DNA of 64,000 nucleotides, taken from assembly GCA_963716175.1 (NCBI GenBank), contig OY970296.1:1-64000 (forward strand), in the 5' to 3' direction. This stretch comes from an uncultured Armatimonadetes bacterium (GTDB lineage Bacteria > Armatimonadota > Hebobacteria > Hebobacterales > Hebobacteraceae). Every line of letters begins with the position of its first letter. The stretch's first letter is position 1. Made by a program: the position numbers and the translations under genes. The notes below the pieces were generated by a model that was given only the letters and a program-made list of their open reading frames with translations, made no database searches and had not been told where the DNA came from. Positions 38,766 through 49,271 of this stretch are shown here, piece after piece.

Positions 38766-41700
38766 TCACGGCGTGATGGTGAACTCGGGCTGAAGGTCGA
38801 GTTCCTGGAAGACACCGGGTTCGTGCTCCACGCTTACCACGAGGGTGTAGAGGCCCGCCGGCAGTTCGCCGGGTATATCCCACCAGACTGCGTAGTAGGG
38901 GACGCCTGACGACCAAGCCGTATCCCTCGCCGCGTTGAGGTCGTGCTCTGTAAGTGAGGCCACTCCGGCGCGAGCCACAGGCCCGCGCAGATCAAAGCGC
39001 ACATCGAACGAACCGTCACCGGCCGCCAAGTTTGGGCCCAGGCGCGCCGCGTCGAAGACGACGTAAGCATAGCCGGGCTCCGATGCTGGCCCGCCGCTGC
39101 GTGAAGACCACCCGTTGTAGGTGGCGGTCCCCGGGTTGACCGCGGTCACGGCCGGACCTCCCAGCACTACAGGATTGCCGGTAGGCATCACAAAGGCCCG
39201 CCACATGTAAACCGCCATCTGGCCTCGGCTCACCGGATCGCCAGGCCGATAGGTCCTGGTATCAAAGCCTTGGACGATGCCGTGGGCCACGCAGCACTCG
39301 ATCTCGTTATAGGCCCAGTGGTCGGTGAGCACGTCCTTGAAGCTGGGTTCGGGCGGGCCGTCGGGAACCTTGGTGCCTCCCACCAGCGCGCGGGATATGT
39401 AAGCCGCCATCGCATCTCGGTTCACAATCATAGCGGGCCGGTACGTTCCGTCATTGAAGCCTTGCACCACTCCTGCCCGGGCCAGTCCTTCGATCTCGGC
39501 CCAGGCCCAGGAGTCGGCCTGGGTGACGTCCCTGAACCGCCCTTGGTACGGCGCGGTAGGCAGCTTCAGGGCGCGCAGGATGTAGACCGCCATTGCATCC
39601 CGCGCCACCAGGATAGCTGGACGGTAGGTTCCGTCGTCATAACCTCTAACCACGCCGGGCACCCGTCCTGCGAGTTCCTCTATATGGAAGCGTGCCCAGG
39701 AGGCATCATGGCCCAGGCCAGGCTGGATGTCAGAGAAGCGGCTGATCACAACGTCCTCAGAGACCAGACCTCCCTTCCACGGAACCTCCCCACGCGAGAG
39801 CTGCCACCCGCAACCCAGTCCGTCCGGTACACCTGGCGATGTCGTCGTTACTGGTAGATCATAACTCAGCGTCGTCAGCGGCGGGGCTACCGTTGAGAAG
39901 TCGAACGTGCATGTCGCCCCAGGCAGGACCTCTGCTTCCAGGGGGACGGAGGCGACGCCCCAGCGGTCCATACTGCCCCGGGCCTCAAGGTGGTATCCTT
40001 CCCCCGGCCGCCATGTGAAAGCATCAAGGTTCTGGTAGGTGATGGAGGTATTCGCAGCCTCCCCCCAGCTAAGGCTAAGGGGCAGAGACCTTGCTGTCAC
40101 CTCACTCGATCCGGGTGGCACGGACTGAACGGCGAGCGTGACCGCGCCACTGTCGCTGGCTGGGTTCGGTCCGTCGCAGGTGGCGGTGACTGTGAGCGTG
40201 ATGCTCTCCTCGCTGTCTGTGGTGTTGGCTGGAGCAGTATAGGTCGGATTCTGGAGGCTCGGGGAAAGCGAGAAGCTTCCTCCCGCGCCTCCATCAGACC
40301 AGGACCAGGACGCGATAGTATGCCCGGAGCGGGTGTCCGCAGCTGTGGCGGAGAGGGTGGCGGTCCCGCCAGAGGCAACAGCAGCAGGGACAGCAGACGC
40401 GCTGACCACCAGAGAGTGCGCCACCGGCTGCACGACCAAGAGGGTGGAGTTGCTGGCGCTGAGCGGCTCAGGTCCGTCGCAGGTGGCGGTGACTGTGAGC
40501 GTGATGCTCTCCTCGCTGTCCGCGGTGTTGGCTGGAGCAGTATAGGTCGGATTCTGGAGGCTCGGGGAAAGCGAGAAGCTTCCTCCCGCGCCTCCATCAG
40601 ACCAGGACCAGGACGCGATAGTATGCCCGGAGCGGGTGTCCGCAGCTGTGGCGGAGAGGGTGGCGGTCCCGCCAGAGGCAACAGCAGCAGGGACAGCAGA
40701 CGCGCTGACCACCAGAGAGTGCGCCACCGGCTGCACGACCAAGAGGGTGGAGTTGCTGGCGCTGAGCGGCTCAGGTCCGTCGCAGGTGGCGGTGACTGTG
40801 AGCGTGATGCTCTCCTCGCTGTCCGCGGTGTTGGCTGGAGCAGTATAGGTCGGATTCTGGAGGCTCGGGGAAAGCGAGAAGCTTCCTCCCGCGCCTCCAT
40901 CAGACCAGGACCAGGACGCGATAGTATGCCCGGAGCGGGTGTCCGCAGCTGTGGCGGAGAGGGTGGCGGTCCCGCCAGAGGCAACAGCAGCAGGGACAGC
41001 AGACGCACTGACCACCAGAGAGTGCGCCACCGGCTGCACGACCAAGAGGGTGGAGTTGCTGGCGCTGAGCGGCTCAGGTCCGTCGCAGGTTCCCGTGACC
41101 GTGAGACAGATCGTGATGTCAGAACCCGTTAGGTTCTCGGGTGCGCGATACTGCGGGTCCGAAACCGCGGCGGAGGGCGAGAAGCTTCCTCCCGCGCCTC
41201 CATCAGACCAGGACCAGGACGCGATAGTATGCCCGGAGCGGGTGTCCGCAGCTGTGGCGGAGAGGGTGGCGGTCCCGCCAGAGGCAACAGCAGCAGGGAC
41301 AGCAGACGCGCTGACCACCAGAGAGTGCGCCGCCGGCTGCACGACCAAGAGGGTGGAGTTGCTGGCGCTGAGCGGCTCAGGTCCGTCGCAGGTGGCGGTG
41401 ACTGTGAGCGTGATGCTCTCCTCGCTGTCTGTGGTGTTGGCTGGAGCGCTATAGGTCGGATTCTGGAGGCTCGGGGAGGGCGAGAAGCTCCCTCCCGCGC
41501 CTCCATCAGACCAGGACCAGGACGCGATAGTATGCCCGGAGCGGGTGTCCGCAGCTGTGGCGGAGAGGGTGGCGGTCCCGCCAGAGGCAACAGCAGCAGG
41601 GACAGCAGACGCACTGACCACCAGAGAGTGCGCCACCGGCTGCACGACCAAGAGGGTGGAGTTGCTGGCGCTGAGCGGCTCAGGTCCGTCGCAGGTGGCG

Positions 41701-44303
41701 GTGACTGTGAGCGTGATGCTCTCCTCGCTGTCCGCGGTGTTGGCTGGAGCAGTATAGGTCGGATTCTGGAGGCTCGGGGAAAGCGAGAAGCTTCCTCCCG
41801 CGCCTCCATCAGACCAGGACCAGGACGCGATAGTATGCCCGGAGCGGGTGTCCGCAGCTGTGGCGGAGAGGGTGGCGGTCCCGCCAGAGGCAACAGCAGC
41901 AGGGACAGCAGACGCGCTGACCACCAGAGAGTGCGCCGCCGGCTGCACGACCAAGAGGGTGGAGTTGCTGGCGCTGAGCGGCTCAGGTCCGTCGCAGGTG
42001 GCGGTGACTGTGAGCGTGATGCTCTCCTCGCTGTCTGTGGTGTTGGCTGGAGCGCTATAGGTCGGATTCTGGAGGCTCGGGGAGGGCGAGAAGCTTCCTC
42101 CCGCGCCTCCATCAGACCAGGACCAGGACGCGATCTCGTGCGGTCCGCTATCACTCGCGCTTGCGCTCAGCACGGCGCTCCCAGCGGACGCCACACTCCC
42201 CGGCGAGACCGAGGCCGTGACGGATAAGGTGTGTGGGACCACCGTGACTGTGACGGTGTCGCTGGCGGCCTGAGTCCCACTATCCGTAACGGTCAACGTA
42301 TACGTGGTGGTGGCACTCGGAGACGCTACCGGTTGCACGACATGAGGGGCATCAATCCCGGTACTCGGTGACCACGAATAGGAGTAGGGAGGCTGTCCAC
42401 CGGAGGCAGATCCGCCCAACACAGTGGAGTCGCCCGGTGTTATGATCCTGCCGGGCCCCGCTTCGGCAAACAGCCGTGGGATGACGAGTACCCCTACAGT
42501 ATCGCGGTCCGTTCCCCCGGAGCTGTCGGTCACGGTGAGCGTGTAGAGGGTCGTGCTGTCCGGCGATGCCGCAGGATGGGCGACGGCCGGATTGCTCAGG
42601 CCCGCCGTTGGTGACCACGAGTAGTGGTAGGGAGTTACCCCGTTGGATGCGGACCCCTCGAGTGTAGTGGACTCCCCGGCGATGATGGTCTCGTCGGGGC
42701 CCGCTTCAGCCATCACGGTTGATGCCGCCGTGTACGTGTAGCCGAGCGCCTTGACGCCCGACACTACCTGCTTCAGGTAATCGATGTCGTAGTCGGGGTG
42801 GAAGTACGCGCTCGCCCAGCCGTCCCGTACCACCAGGCTCTTCTGGGCGGCCCTGACGATGTCTTCCGGAAACCGCGCGGGACAGTCGTAGAAAGGAACC
42901 GGCTCGACATTGCCCAAGTTCTCGGGCAGGATCCTCTGGTTATACACGTCGCGCTCAATCACATAGGGGTAGAACTGCCCGGCGTAATCCGCGCCATCCG
43001 AAGTGAAGTAGAGCACGCGACCCGCGATGAGGTTGAACCGATGACCAAGCTCAACCGAGTCCAGGCTCGAGGCCAGGTAGTGCGGCGTTTCCCAGGCGAT
43101 GGGAGCGAACCCGCACGCCGCTAGCTCTGCGAGTGCCTGGTCGATACGTCCATTCACCCAAGCGACCGAGTCTTCGGGCAGCGGGCCAATAAGCTCGGTG
43201 TCGCCTGCCGCCTCGTTCCATACTGACCGGAGGAATTCGCAGTCATCCCCTGTCATGCCATCGTAGGGGTTGGGAGTACTGTCGTACTGATGGGTGTAGC
43301 CATGGTCAATGATCTGGCCTCCTCGGGAGACCATATACTTGAGCGCATTCACAACTGTGTGTGACTGAGAGAGGCGCACCGTCTGGGGAGTGCCGTTCAC
43401 AACCCCCAGAGGGTCATTGAAGACCGGGATGGTGGCGACTTCAAACGGTGCTCGCTGCGAAGCAAGATAATCGGCCACTGACTTCAGATCGGAACTGTGG
43501 GCGATGGGATCCACATCTTCGATTCGAATCAGAGCGCGGTGGCTCGGCGCGTGGTCTATGCCCACGATGTCGTGGATGAGATCGCAAAACACGAGGTAGC
43601 GGTCCTCTTCGGATACATAGCTGAACGGCGAATCGGCGAAGTACCAAAGGTTCCCCGAGTGGACCACATATGGCCACGAGGCCCCCGGCTGAGCATCTGT
43701 AGCCGGACGGTAGGCGATGGCCTTCACCTCGGCAAGGTTGGGATCCAGGATCATAGTCGCGCCCACATCCGGGTCCGCGAGGTCCTTCACAAGGGACTCT
43801 TCCTTGTACTGGACCTCGGGGAAGCCACTGCTGTCCACCCCGGCGAACTGGAATCCATAGCGCCCACTGAAAGCAGGATCCCAGTACCCGGCGTCATTCC
43901 AGGCGATCTGCCAGAGGTTGTAACTGAACCAGCAGACCGTCCGCTCTGTCGCCATCACGTCGGACAAGAACGCGCTGGGCAACGGATTATCGAACGCAAC
44001 TCCCAGGTAGAACGTGACCGCGTAGTTCTCCACCTCGCCAGCGGTGTAGCTCTCCACCGGTTCCAGCGTCCACGCCATGGGGAAATGCCCTAGCAGATTT
44101 GCGACCTGCAAGGCATGAAGCTCGCCTAGCCAGGCGCAGGGGGGTGCCGAGTCGTACAGAATGAGGGCCGAAACCGGGTGCTGTGGCGGAGGTCCTGCCG
44201 CTCTGGCCGCCGAGTGACCTAGGGCCAAACAGCTGAGCAGGATGAGGCCCAGCCATCGCGCTCGTCCCGTTGTCGTTCCCAAAGCACTCAGGTTAGAGCG
44301 CAT
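38766..44303 (-). CDS. Large cell-surface protein: DUF2334-like polysaccharide deacetylase, PKD/Ig-like repeats, SLH domains
   Basis: Signal peptide; IRIEDVDP, HGYTHQ, ETPHY, YFHP; three SLH-like units (GYDDGTYRP, GFNDGTYRP, GFDTRTYRP). Confidence 0.88.
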   Translation of the reverse strand: MRSNLSALGTTTGRARWLGLILLSCLALGHSAARAAGPPPQHPVSALILYDSAPPCAWLGELHALQVANLLGHFPMAWTLEPVESYTAGEVENYAVTFYLGVAFDNPLPSAFLSDVMATERTVCWFSYNLWQIAWNDAGYWDPAFSGRYGFQFAGVDSSGFPEVQYKEESLVKDLADPDVGATMILDPNLAEVKAIAYRPATDAQPGASWPYVVHSGNLWYFADSPFSYVSEEDRYLVFCDLIHDIVGIDHAPSHRALIRIEDVDPIAHSSDLKSVADYLASQRAPFEVATIPVFNDPLGVVNGTPQTVRLSQSHTVVNALKYMVSRGGQIIDHGYTHQYDSTPNPYDGMTGDDCEFLRSVWNEAAGDTELIGPLPEDSVAWVNGRIDQALAELAACGFAPIAWETPHYLASSLDSVELGHRFNLIAGRVLYFTSDGADYAGQFYPYVIERDVYNQRILPENLGNVEPVPFYDCPARFPEDIVRAAQKSLVVRDGWASAYFHPDYDIDYLKQVVSGVKALGYTYTAASTVMAEAGPDETIIAGESTTLEGSASNGVTPYHYSWSPTAGLSNPAVAHPAASPDSTTLYTLTVTDSSGGTDRDTVGVLVIPRLFAEAGPGRIITPGDSTVLGGSASGGQPPYSYSWSPSTGIDAPHVVQPVASPSATTTYTLTVTDSGTQAASDTVTVTVVPHTLSVTASVSPGSVASAGSAVLSASASDSGPHEIASWSWSDGGAGGSFSPSPSLQNPTYSAPANTTDSEESITLTVTATCDGPEPLSASNSTLLVVQPAAHSLVVSASAVPAAVASGGTATLSATAADTRSGHTIASWSWSDGGAGGSFSLSPSLQNPTYTAPANTADSEESITLTVTATCDGPEPLSASNSTLLVVQPVAHSLVVSASAVPAAVASGGTATLSATAADTRSGHTIASWSWSDGGAGGSFSPSPSLQNPTYSAPANTTDSEESITLTVTATCDGPEPLSASNSTLLVVQPAAHSLVVSASAVPAAVASGGTATLSATAADTRSGHTIASWSWSDGGAGGSFSPSAAVSDPQYRAPENLTGSDITICLTVTGTCDGPEPLSASNSTLLVVQPVAHSLVVSASAVPAAVASGGTATLSATAADTRSGHTIASWSWSDGGAGGSFSLSPSLQNPTYTAPANTADSEESITLTVTATCDGPEPLSASNSTLLVVQPVAHSLVVSASAVPAAVASGGTATLSATAADTRSGHTIASWSWSDGGAGGSFSLSPSLQNPTYTAPANTADSEESITLTVTATCDGPEPLSASNSTLLVVQPVAHSLVVSASAVPAAVASGGTATLSATAADTRSGHTIASWSWSDGGAGGSFSLSPSLQNPTYTAPANTTDSEESITLTVTATCDGPNPASDSGAVTLAVQSVPPGSSEVTARSLPLSLSWGEAANTSITYQNLDAFTWRPGEGYHLEARGSMDRWGVASVPLEAEVLPGATCTFDFSTVAPPLTTLSYDLPVTTTSPGVPDGLGCGWQLSRGEVPWKGGLVSEDVVISRFSDIQPGLGHDASWARFHIEELAGRVPGVVRGYDDGTYRPAILVARDAMAVYILRALKLPTAPYQGRFRDVTQADSWAWAEIEGLARAGVVQGFNDGTYRPAMIVNRDAMAAYISRALVGGTKVPDGPPEPSFKDVLTDHWAYNEIECCVAHGIVQGFDTRTYRPGDPVSRGQMAVYMWRAFVMPTGNPVVLGGPAVTAVNPGTATYNGWSSRSGGPASEPGYAYVVFDAARLGPNLAAGDGSFDVRFDLRGPVARAGVASLTEHDLNAARDTAWSSGVPYYAVWWDIPGELPAGLYTLVVSVEHEPGVFQELDLQPEFTITP
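40130..42240 (-). repeat. Seven tandem 303-bp (101-aa) Ig-like repeats
   Basis: SWSWSDGGAGGSFS...TVTATCDGP occurs 7 times with 303-bp period. Confidence 0.93.
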
Positions 44304-44379
44304 TTCATAACCTACCGGCTGGCTGGCCGCACCACGCCCTCGCATGAAATGCGCCTGCCACTGCCTGACGTCGTGCAGT

Positions 44380-44418
44380 GCTGTTTCATAGCCTCCCATG
44401 GGAAGGTTATGAAACAGC
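44380..44418. repeat. 39-bp palindrome resembling joined IS ends
   Basis: GCTGTTTCATAGCCT-9nt-AGGTTATGAAACAGC, with CTAG just downstream. Confidence 0.55.
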
Positions 44419-44710
44419 TTCTAGTCAACTTCCGCCCAGCGACCCTCTCGGACCTGCCCTAAGCCCCGAAGCGGCTCGCCTTCTTGGTTCAGCGGGAATC
44501 AGCTCTGTTCTTTATCGCCCAAGCCATCCCGCTCCTGCCGCCTGCCCAGGAAACCCCACAGGCCCCCGGTGCATGGCGACCTGGCACCACGTGCGGGCCA
44601 CCCCGGGAGCAACGGCAACGAACCGCGCAGAAAGCCGGGCATCTGCATTATACCAAGAGCGGGCCTCGAACATGCGCGCTCCGACGAACCCTGGGCGCAT
44701 TAGCTTCCGC

Positions 44711-44938
44711 CATCCCACTCCTAAGCCGGTGCCGCTGCTGGAGGAGCTCATCCGCGCATCAGCACCCAGTCAGGGCCTGATCCTCGACCCCTTCGCCGGA
44801 TCGGGGCCGACCTTGATCGCGGCGGAACGAACAGGACGTGCCTGCTATGCGGCCGAACCTGAGCCCAGGTACTGCGGTATTGTCCTCGCCAGATGGGAGG
44901 CGCTCAGCGGATGCAAGGCAACTTGTAGCACTGGATGA
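44711..44938 (+). pseudogene. N4/N6 DNA methyltransferase C-terminal fragment
   Basis: HPTPKPV.LLEELI, ILDPFAGSG, RYC.I...RWE; catalytic N-terminal part absent. Confidence 0.8.
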
Positions 44939-45018
44939 ATGGGGCGGGGAGATTACGCCAGCGCTGACAGCCCCAACGAAACGGACGTTTGCGCCACGAG
45001 AAGATGCTATGGCATTTG

Positions 45019-46218
45019 TCAAGCGGCCTGAGGCGCCAAACTGCGTATCATGAGACGGTTGGTTTCGTAGTCCGGATCAAAGGGCCGGCCCGTCTTGAGG
45101 ACGGCGAAGATGATACGAAGCAGCTTGCTCATGCAGGCGATGATTGCTGCCTTGGGACGCTTGCCCTCGGCCAGTTTCCGGAGGTAGTACTGCCGCAGGA
45201 CGGGGTTGTGATTGCGTACCGAGAGGGCGGCCAGGTAGAGGGCATGGCGCAGGGCGGCGGGACCGCACTTGGATAGCTTGACCTTCCCGGCGAAGCGCCC
45301 TGACTGCCGGAACCGGGGATTGAGGCCAGCGAAAGCGATCGCTTGGGTGTCCGTGTCCAGCTGCTCGACGGGGAGCTCCGCCAGGATCACCGGGACGGTG
45401 GCGGCGCCCAGGCCCTCGATGGTGAAGAGCAGATTCCCCTGCACCTGCTCCGCGATGGTCGTCTCCAGCGCCGCGAGACTGCGCTGCAGTTGGCGGATCG
45501 CCGCCACCAGCTGCCGCACCACCACGGCGTCGGTTGTGGTACCTTGCTCTCCTGGGATGGATCTGGCTGACGCCACCAGACGGTCGGCCCGCAGCCTGCC
45601 CACCCGACGCGTGTTGGCTTTCAGTTGTGCCACTCTGTCCGGCCGGGCCTGTGCCAGCATTCCTCCGAGGGGGTATCGATCGAGCACCGCCAACGCGCCG
45701 TAGCAATCAAGGCGGTAGAACCCGCGCTCCACACTGGGGTTGACGCGCTCCAGCAAGCTGCGGAGCAGGTTCACCTGAGCCACCAGACTCGTCAGCAACG
45801 TGTGGCGGCTGCGAGTGAGCCGGGCCAAAGCTGCTTGCTCTGCAGCCACCGTTGCGCGAGGTCGGAGGGCTCGGCAGTAGCGAGCCAGGATGACGGCATC
45901 GACCCGATCGGTCTTCGTGCGCGCCATCAACACCTTGGCAAAGTGATGGCTGGAGCGAGCATTGACCACGCTAACCGTAAAGCCGGGCTGGGCGCGCAGG
46001 AACGCTGCCAGCCGGTGACCGTAGTTGCCGGTGGCCTCCAGGCAGACATGCAGGCTGCTGACCTCAGGCAGCCGCGCCAGCGCATCCAGCAGCCGCGCGT
46101 ACCCAGCGGCATCATCGGTGAATTCGAAATCCTTCGTCCGCAGCTCGCCGTCTCCGTCCACCACCGCCGCGATAGGGCGGCCTTTGCTCACGTCGATTCC
46201 CACGAAGTACTGGCGCAT
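45019..46218 (-). CDS. IS110 DEDD recombinase/transposase
   Basis: GIDVSK, CLEATG, KTDRVDA, AGLNP..RQSG, LRHALY. Confidence 0.96.
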   Translation of the reverse strand: MRQYFVGIDVSKGRPIAAVVDGDGELRTKDFEFTDDAAGYARLLDALARLPEVSSLHVCLEATGNYGHRLAAFLRAQPGFTVSVVNARSSHHFAKVLMARTKTDRVDAVILARYCRALRPRATVAAEQAALARLTRSRHTLLTSLVAQVNLLRSLLERVNPSVERGFYRLDCYGALAVLDRYPLGGMLAQARPDRVAQLKANTRRVGRLRADRLVASARSIPGEQGTTTDAVVVRQLVAAIRQLQRSLAALETTIAEQVQGNLLFTIEGLGAATVPVILAELPVEQLDTDTQAIAFAGLNPRFRQSGRFAGKVKLSKCGPAALRHALYLAALSVRNHNPVLRQYYLRKLAEGKRPKAAIIACMSKLLRIIFAVLKTGRPFDPDYETNRLMIRSLAPQAA

Positions 46219-46234
46219 TCTCCTTGCCTCCGCT

Positions 46235-46465
46235 ATCATGGACGTGCGGTGGCCGGGGCCTCCTGGCTGCTCAGTCCTAACCCTCACTCGGCTCAATGTG
46301 TGGTCGTCTGCCACAAGATGCTCGATCTGGGCTTGAGGCTGGGCCGGGAGCGACGTTCTTCTCGGTTGGGTCAAGGCCCGAGTCGGATTAGTGTCGTCTC
46401 CCGGCTCACCGCCTCTCCCCAGTTGCCTAACGGCCACTGCCCGATCCTGCATGAGGCCACCACCA
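46235..46465 (-). ncRNA. IS110 bridge RNA with target-binding and donor-binding loops
   Basis: Loop segments ATCCGACT and CGAGAAG match the flanking target; AGCATCT and CGAG match the donor junction. Exact ends approximate. Confidence 0.82.
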
Positions 46466-46521
46466 TCCATGATACGAGTCGGATACTGTCGCCACAGGGC
46501 TTCTGGCCCATCCTGACGCCG

Positions 46522-46544
46522 CAGATGAGTTTCGGAACACTACG
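46522..46544 (-). mobile_element. Solo IS terminal-repeat copy
   Basis: Reverse complement CGTAGTGTTCCGAAACTCATCTG. Confidence 0.65.
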
Positions 46545-46643
46545 GTGTACCGACCCGACTTGACGCGCGCAGGGAGCTCTGTTCTCGGGCTCTCTCTTCA
46601 CCACTCTCCTCTCGCCTCGCTCGCCGCGGACGCCGTTCCTGCC

Positions 46644-48611
46644 CTAGCTCCAGGGCGCGAGCTGCGTGTTCATCCCGAACAGCGGGTCGATCAGGCTGCG
46701 CAGGCCGAAGATGAGGAAGTGGCCTAGCACCATGCCGAGGAAGAGCGGGCGGCAGGTCTTGTACAGCCGCAGGCCGCCGATGCGGCGTAGCGTGACCACG
46801 ACGATCCAGGCGATGAGCGCGTTCGTCCAGATGCGCGCGTTCATGCCCCAGGTGTCGGCCATCACGAAGCCGATCGGGCTGATCCCCCACCACAGGAAGC
46901 TGGTGTGCAGCCAGTGCAGCAGCAGCATGATCGCACCGCCGCTGATGAGGCCGAAGGGGAGGTAGCAATCCGACGCGCGTGGGTTGCGCAGGTCATCCAT
47001 CAACTGCCCGAACTGGCTCAGACCCATGTCCCGGAACCCCCAGGTGTCGAACTTGAAGGCCCCGTGTGTATACGCGCAGTAGAGGACGACCCACGGCGAG
47101 ATGGCGAGCATCAGCACCACGGACACCAGCAGCCCAATAGTCACCAGTCGCCCCGGCAGCCGCGCCGAGTGCGCCACCTTCAGGTCGTTCATCGCGTAGT
47201 GCATGAAGTTGACCTTGTACTCCAGCATGAAGGTGGCCTGAAGGTAGGTCATCATGGTGAGCGTGGGGCCGGAGTAGGCCCCGGCGCCAGTGAGGTTGAC
47301 CAGCATATCCTTGGCCGGCAGTCCCGGGTCCGGGACATACACGCCGCTGGCCGAGACGAGGCGGGCCATGGACAGCGAGAAGGCGTAGTAGACGGTGATC
47401 AGCGCTGCGAAGGCCCATAGGCTCATGCCGGTGCGCGAGGCCCACAGCGCGATCAGGAAGCTGCTCGTCCCGAGCCCCAGCAGCGCCGCGCGGGGAGAGC
47501 GGCGCGAGCGGATCCTGCGGGACGGGCCGGCCGACCAGATGCCCGAACGCGTTGGCGATCGACTTGCGCGACTGCCAGAGGAGCAGCCCGGCCAGCATCA
47601 GCGAGCCGCCGACCTGTTGGTAGGTCAGAAAGGCCCAGGGGCTAAAGACCCGGGCGCTCAGCCCTTCCTGACCGAACCCAAGGACGGAGAGGGTGACGAG
47701 CGCGACGCGGTTGACGATGAAGAAGAACCACAAGCTGAGCGCCACCTCTGCCGGCAGGAGGGCGATGATACCGATGGTTTCGAAGCCGATGTAGACCGTC
47801 GTGCCGGAGATGGCGTCCCAGTGACCGTTTCCCCTGAGCCAGGGGCTCAGCTCGAAATAGAGCGGAGTGTAGGGCACAGCCGGCGCGAAGGTGTGCGCCA
47901 TCTGCACCAGCGACTGCACGACAGGCAGTGCGATCCCGGCCCACAGGTACCGGTTGCGGAAGAGCGGCGCGCGCAGGGAGGGCACGCCGTCGCCGACGAT
48001 CTCCGTGGGGATGGCGGCGAAGGGGAAGCTCAGACGCTGCCCCTCGATCCAGTCCTTCCGCAGCAGACAGCCCAACGAGAACAAACCGGTGTAGAGGGCC
48101 AGCGCGAAGCCCGCCCAGGCGGCCATGGGAGTGAGCCACGGGCTCCAGGGGATGGCCGCGCCGGCCGGTGCGCCTTCGAAGTACCAGTGCACGGCCTCGG
48201 GCAGCTGCACCTGGAGCCAGGTCGGTACCATCGGGAGAAACACCTCCGCCCACTGATTCCCCGGCGACGCGAAGTAGCGGGGATGCACGGAGTTGCCAGT
48301 GGAGTACATGTTCAGGCCCTCGCTCGCAAGGGCGCCTGAGATCGCCATCATGGCGTACATCAGCAGCAGTTCCGGGGCGGTGAAGGCCCACTGCGGCCGC
48401 CGGCGCGCCAACAGTGTGTTCACTGGGAAGACCAGCAGGAACAGCACGAAGATCGGCCCCAGCGCCAGCGGCCGGAAGGCCCAGTCGTACTTGTTCAGCG
48501 AGAGGTTGATCCAGGGTATCAGAAAGGCAAGCGCGACTACCAGTAGCGCGCCGACGAACAGCGCACGCAGCCGTGGCAGCCGGACCGTCGGCTCGGCGGG
48601 TGCCGTCTCAC
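46644..48611 (-). pseudogene. DUF6785/DUF6784-like multi-TM putative transporter, frameshifted
   Basis: Paralogous to 61525..63456 (ELL..Y.M, R..W....RL.FP, GGLRLY...PLFLG); frame change at ~47490 and probably near the start. Confidence 0.8.
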
Positions 48612-48742
48612 TTGTCCTGGATGATGTCTCGATAGAGAACAGGGCGACGCTCTTTGGGCCAAAGATAGCGGAACTCAGCCGCGCCGTTCACGGACAGCCA
48701 GGCCTCATAGTGCTCCTGGTCCAGATCGATATCGGCCAACAC
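48608..48742 (-). pseudogene. Carbon-nitrogen hydrolase-like C-terminal fragment
   Basis: VLADIDLD...ERRPVLYRDIIQDK*, cut at the IS-end motif at 48745. Confidence 0.55.
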
Positions 48743-48744
48743 CC

Positions 48745-48990
48745 CGTCCTGTTCAGAAACTCATCTGGCTCCCAGAGCCCCGTAGGGTCCCAAAACTTAT
48801 CTGAACTCCGGTACCAGCACTGCTGGAGACCGGCAGTTGACTTCCAATCCGAGCAGCAGGCATCCTGTCAGCATGTTCTACTACCTGGTCTTGCTGTCCC
48901 TCTCTCCACTGTACGCCCTCATCGGCCGTCTCCTCCTGGACGACCGCGGCCGAGAGGTCGTCACTCTCCGCCAACAGGTTTCCATCCTCC
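48745..48990 (+). mobile_element. Two tandem IS ends plus transposase N-terminal remnant
   Basis: Ends at 48745 and 48781, TTGACT promoter, then MFYYLVLL...GREVVTLRQQVSIL. Confidence 0.72.
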
Positions 48991-49032
48991 ACGGTGATAT
49001 GCTTTCCCAGCCCAAGGTGGGAGGGGCGAGGA

Positions 49033-49200
49033 ATGCCTTCACGGCCTGAACCCTTGCTAGGGGAGTTGCTGCTCCGGCACAGGCTGGTCAGCCCACCTCA
49101 GTTAGAGGAGGCGCTGCAGAAGCAGCGCGGCACCCCCAAACACCTCGGCGAGATCCTGGTGGAGATGGGCGCGATCAGCGAAGCCGACCTGGCGAGTCAG
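49033..49200 (+). pseudogene. PilB/GspE N-terminal MshEN-like fragment
   Basis: LLGELLL....VSPPQLEEALQKQ.....HLGEILVEMG.ISE. Confidence 0.7.
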
Positions 49201-49271
49201 CCCACGTTGAGTCGGTGGGAGAGGGAGCTCGCGTGGAACTTCATCGTTGGTGATTGGAATGGGCAGCCTCC

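Larger units (their letters stand above)
45002..46478 (-). mobile_element. Complete IS110-family element bounded by CT core dinucleotides
   Basis: Joining the ends at CT gives TTGACA-17nt-TATCAT. Confidence 0.9.

Noticed and set aside
40130-42240. CRISPR array interpretation of the regular repeats
   Set aside because: 303-bp in-frame coding units with no unique spacers and no cas genes
44711-44938. Restriction-modification system or prophage
   Set aside because: Only a short MTase tail; no nuclease or phage genes nearby
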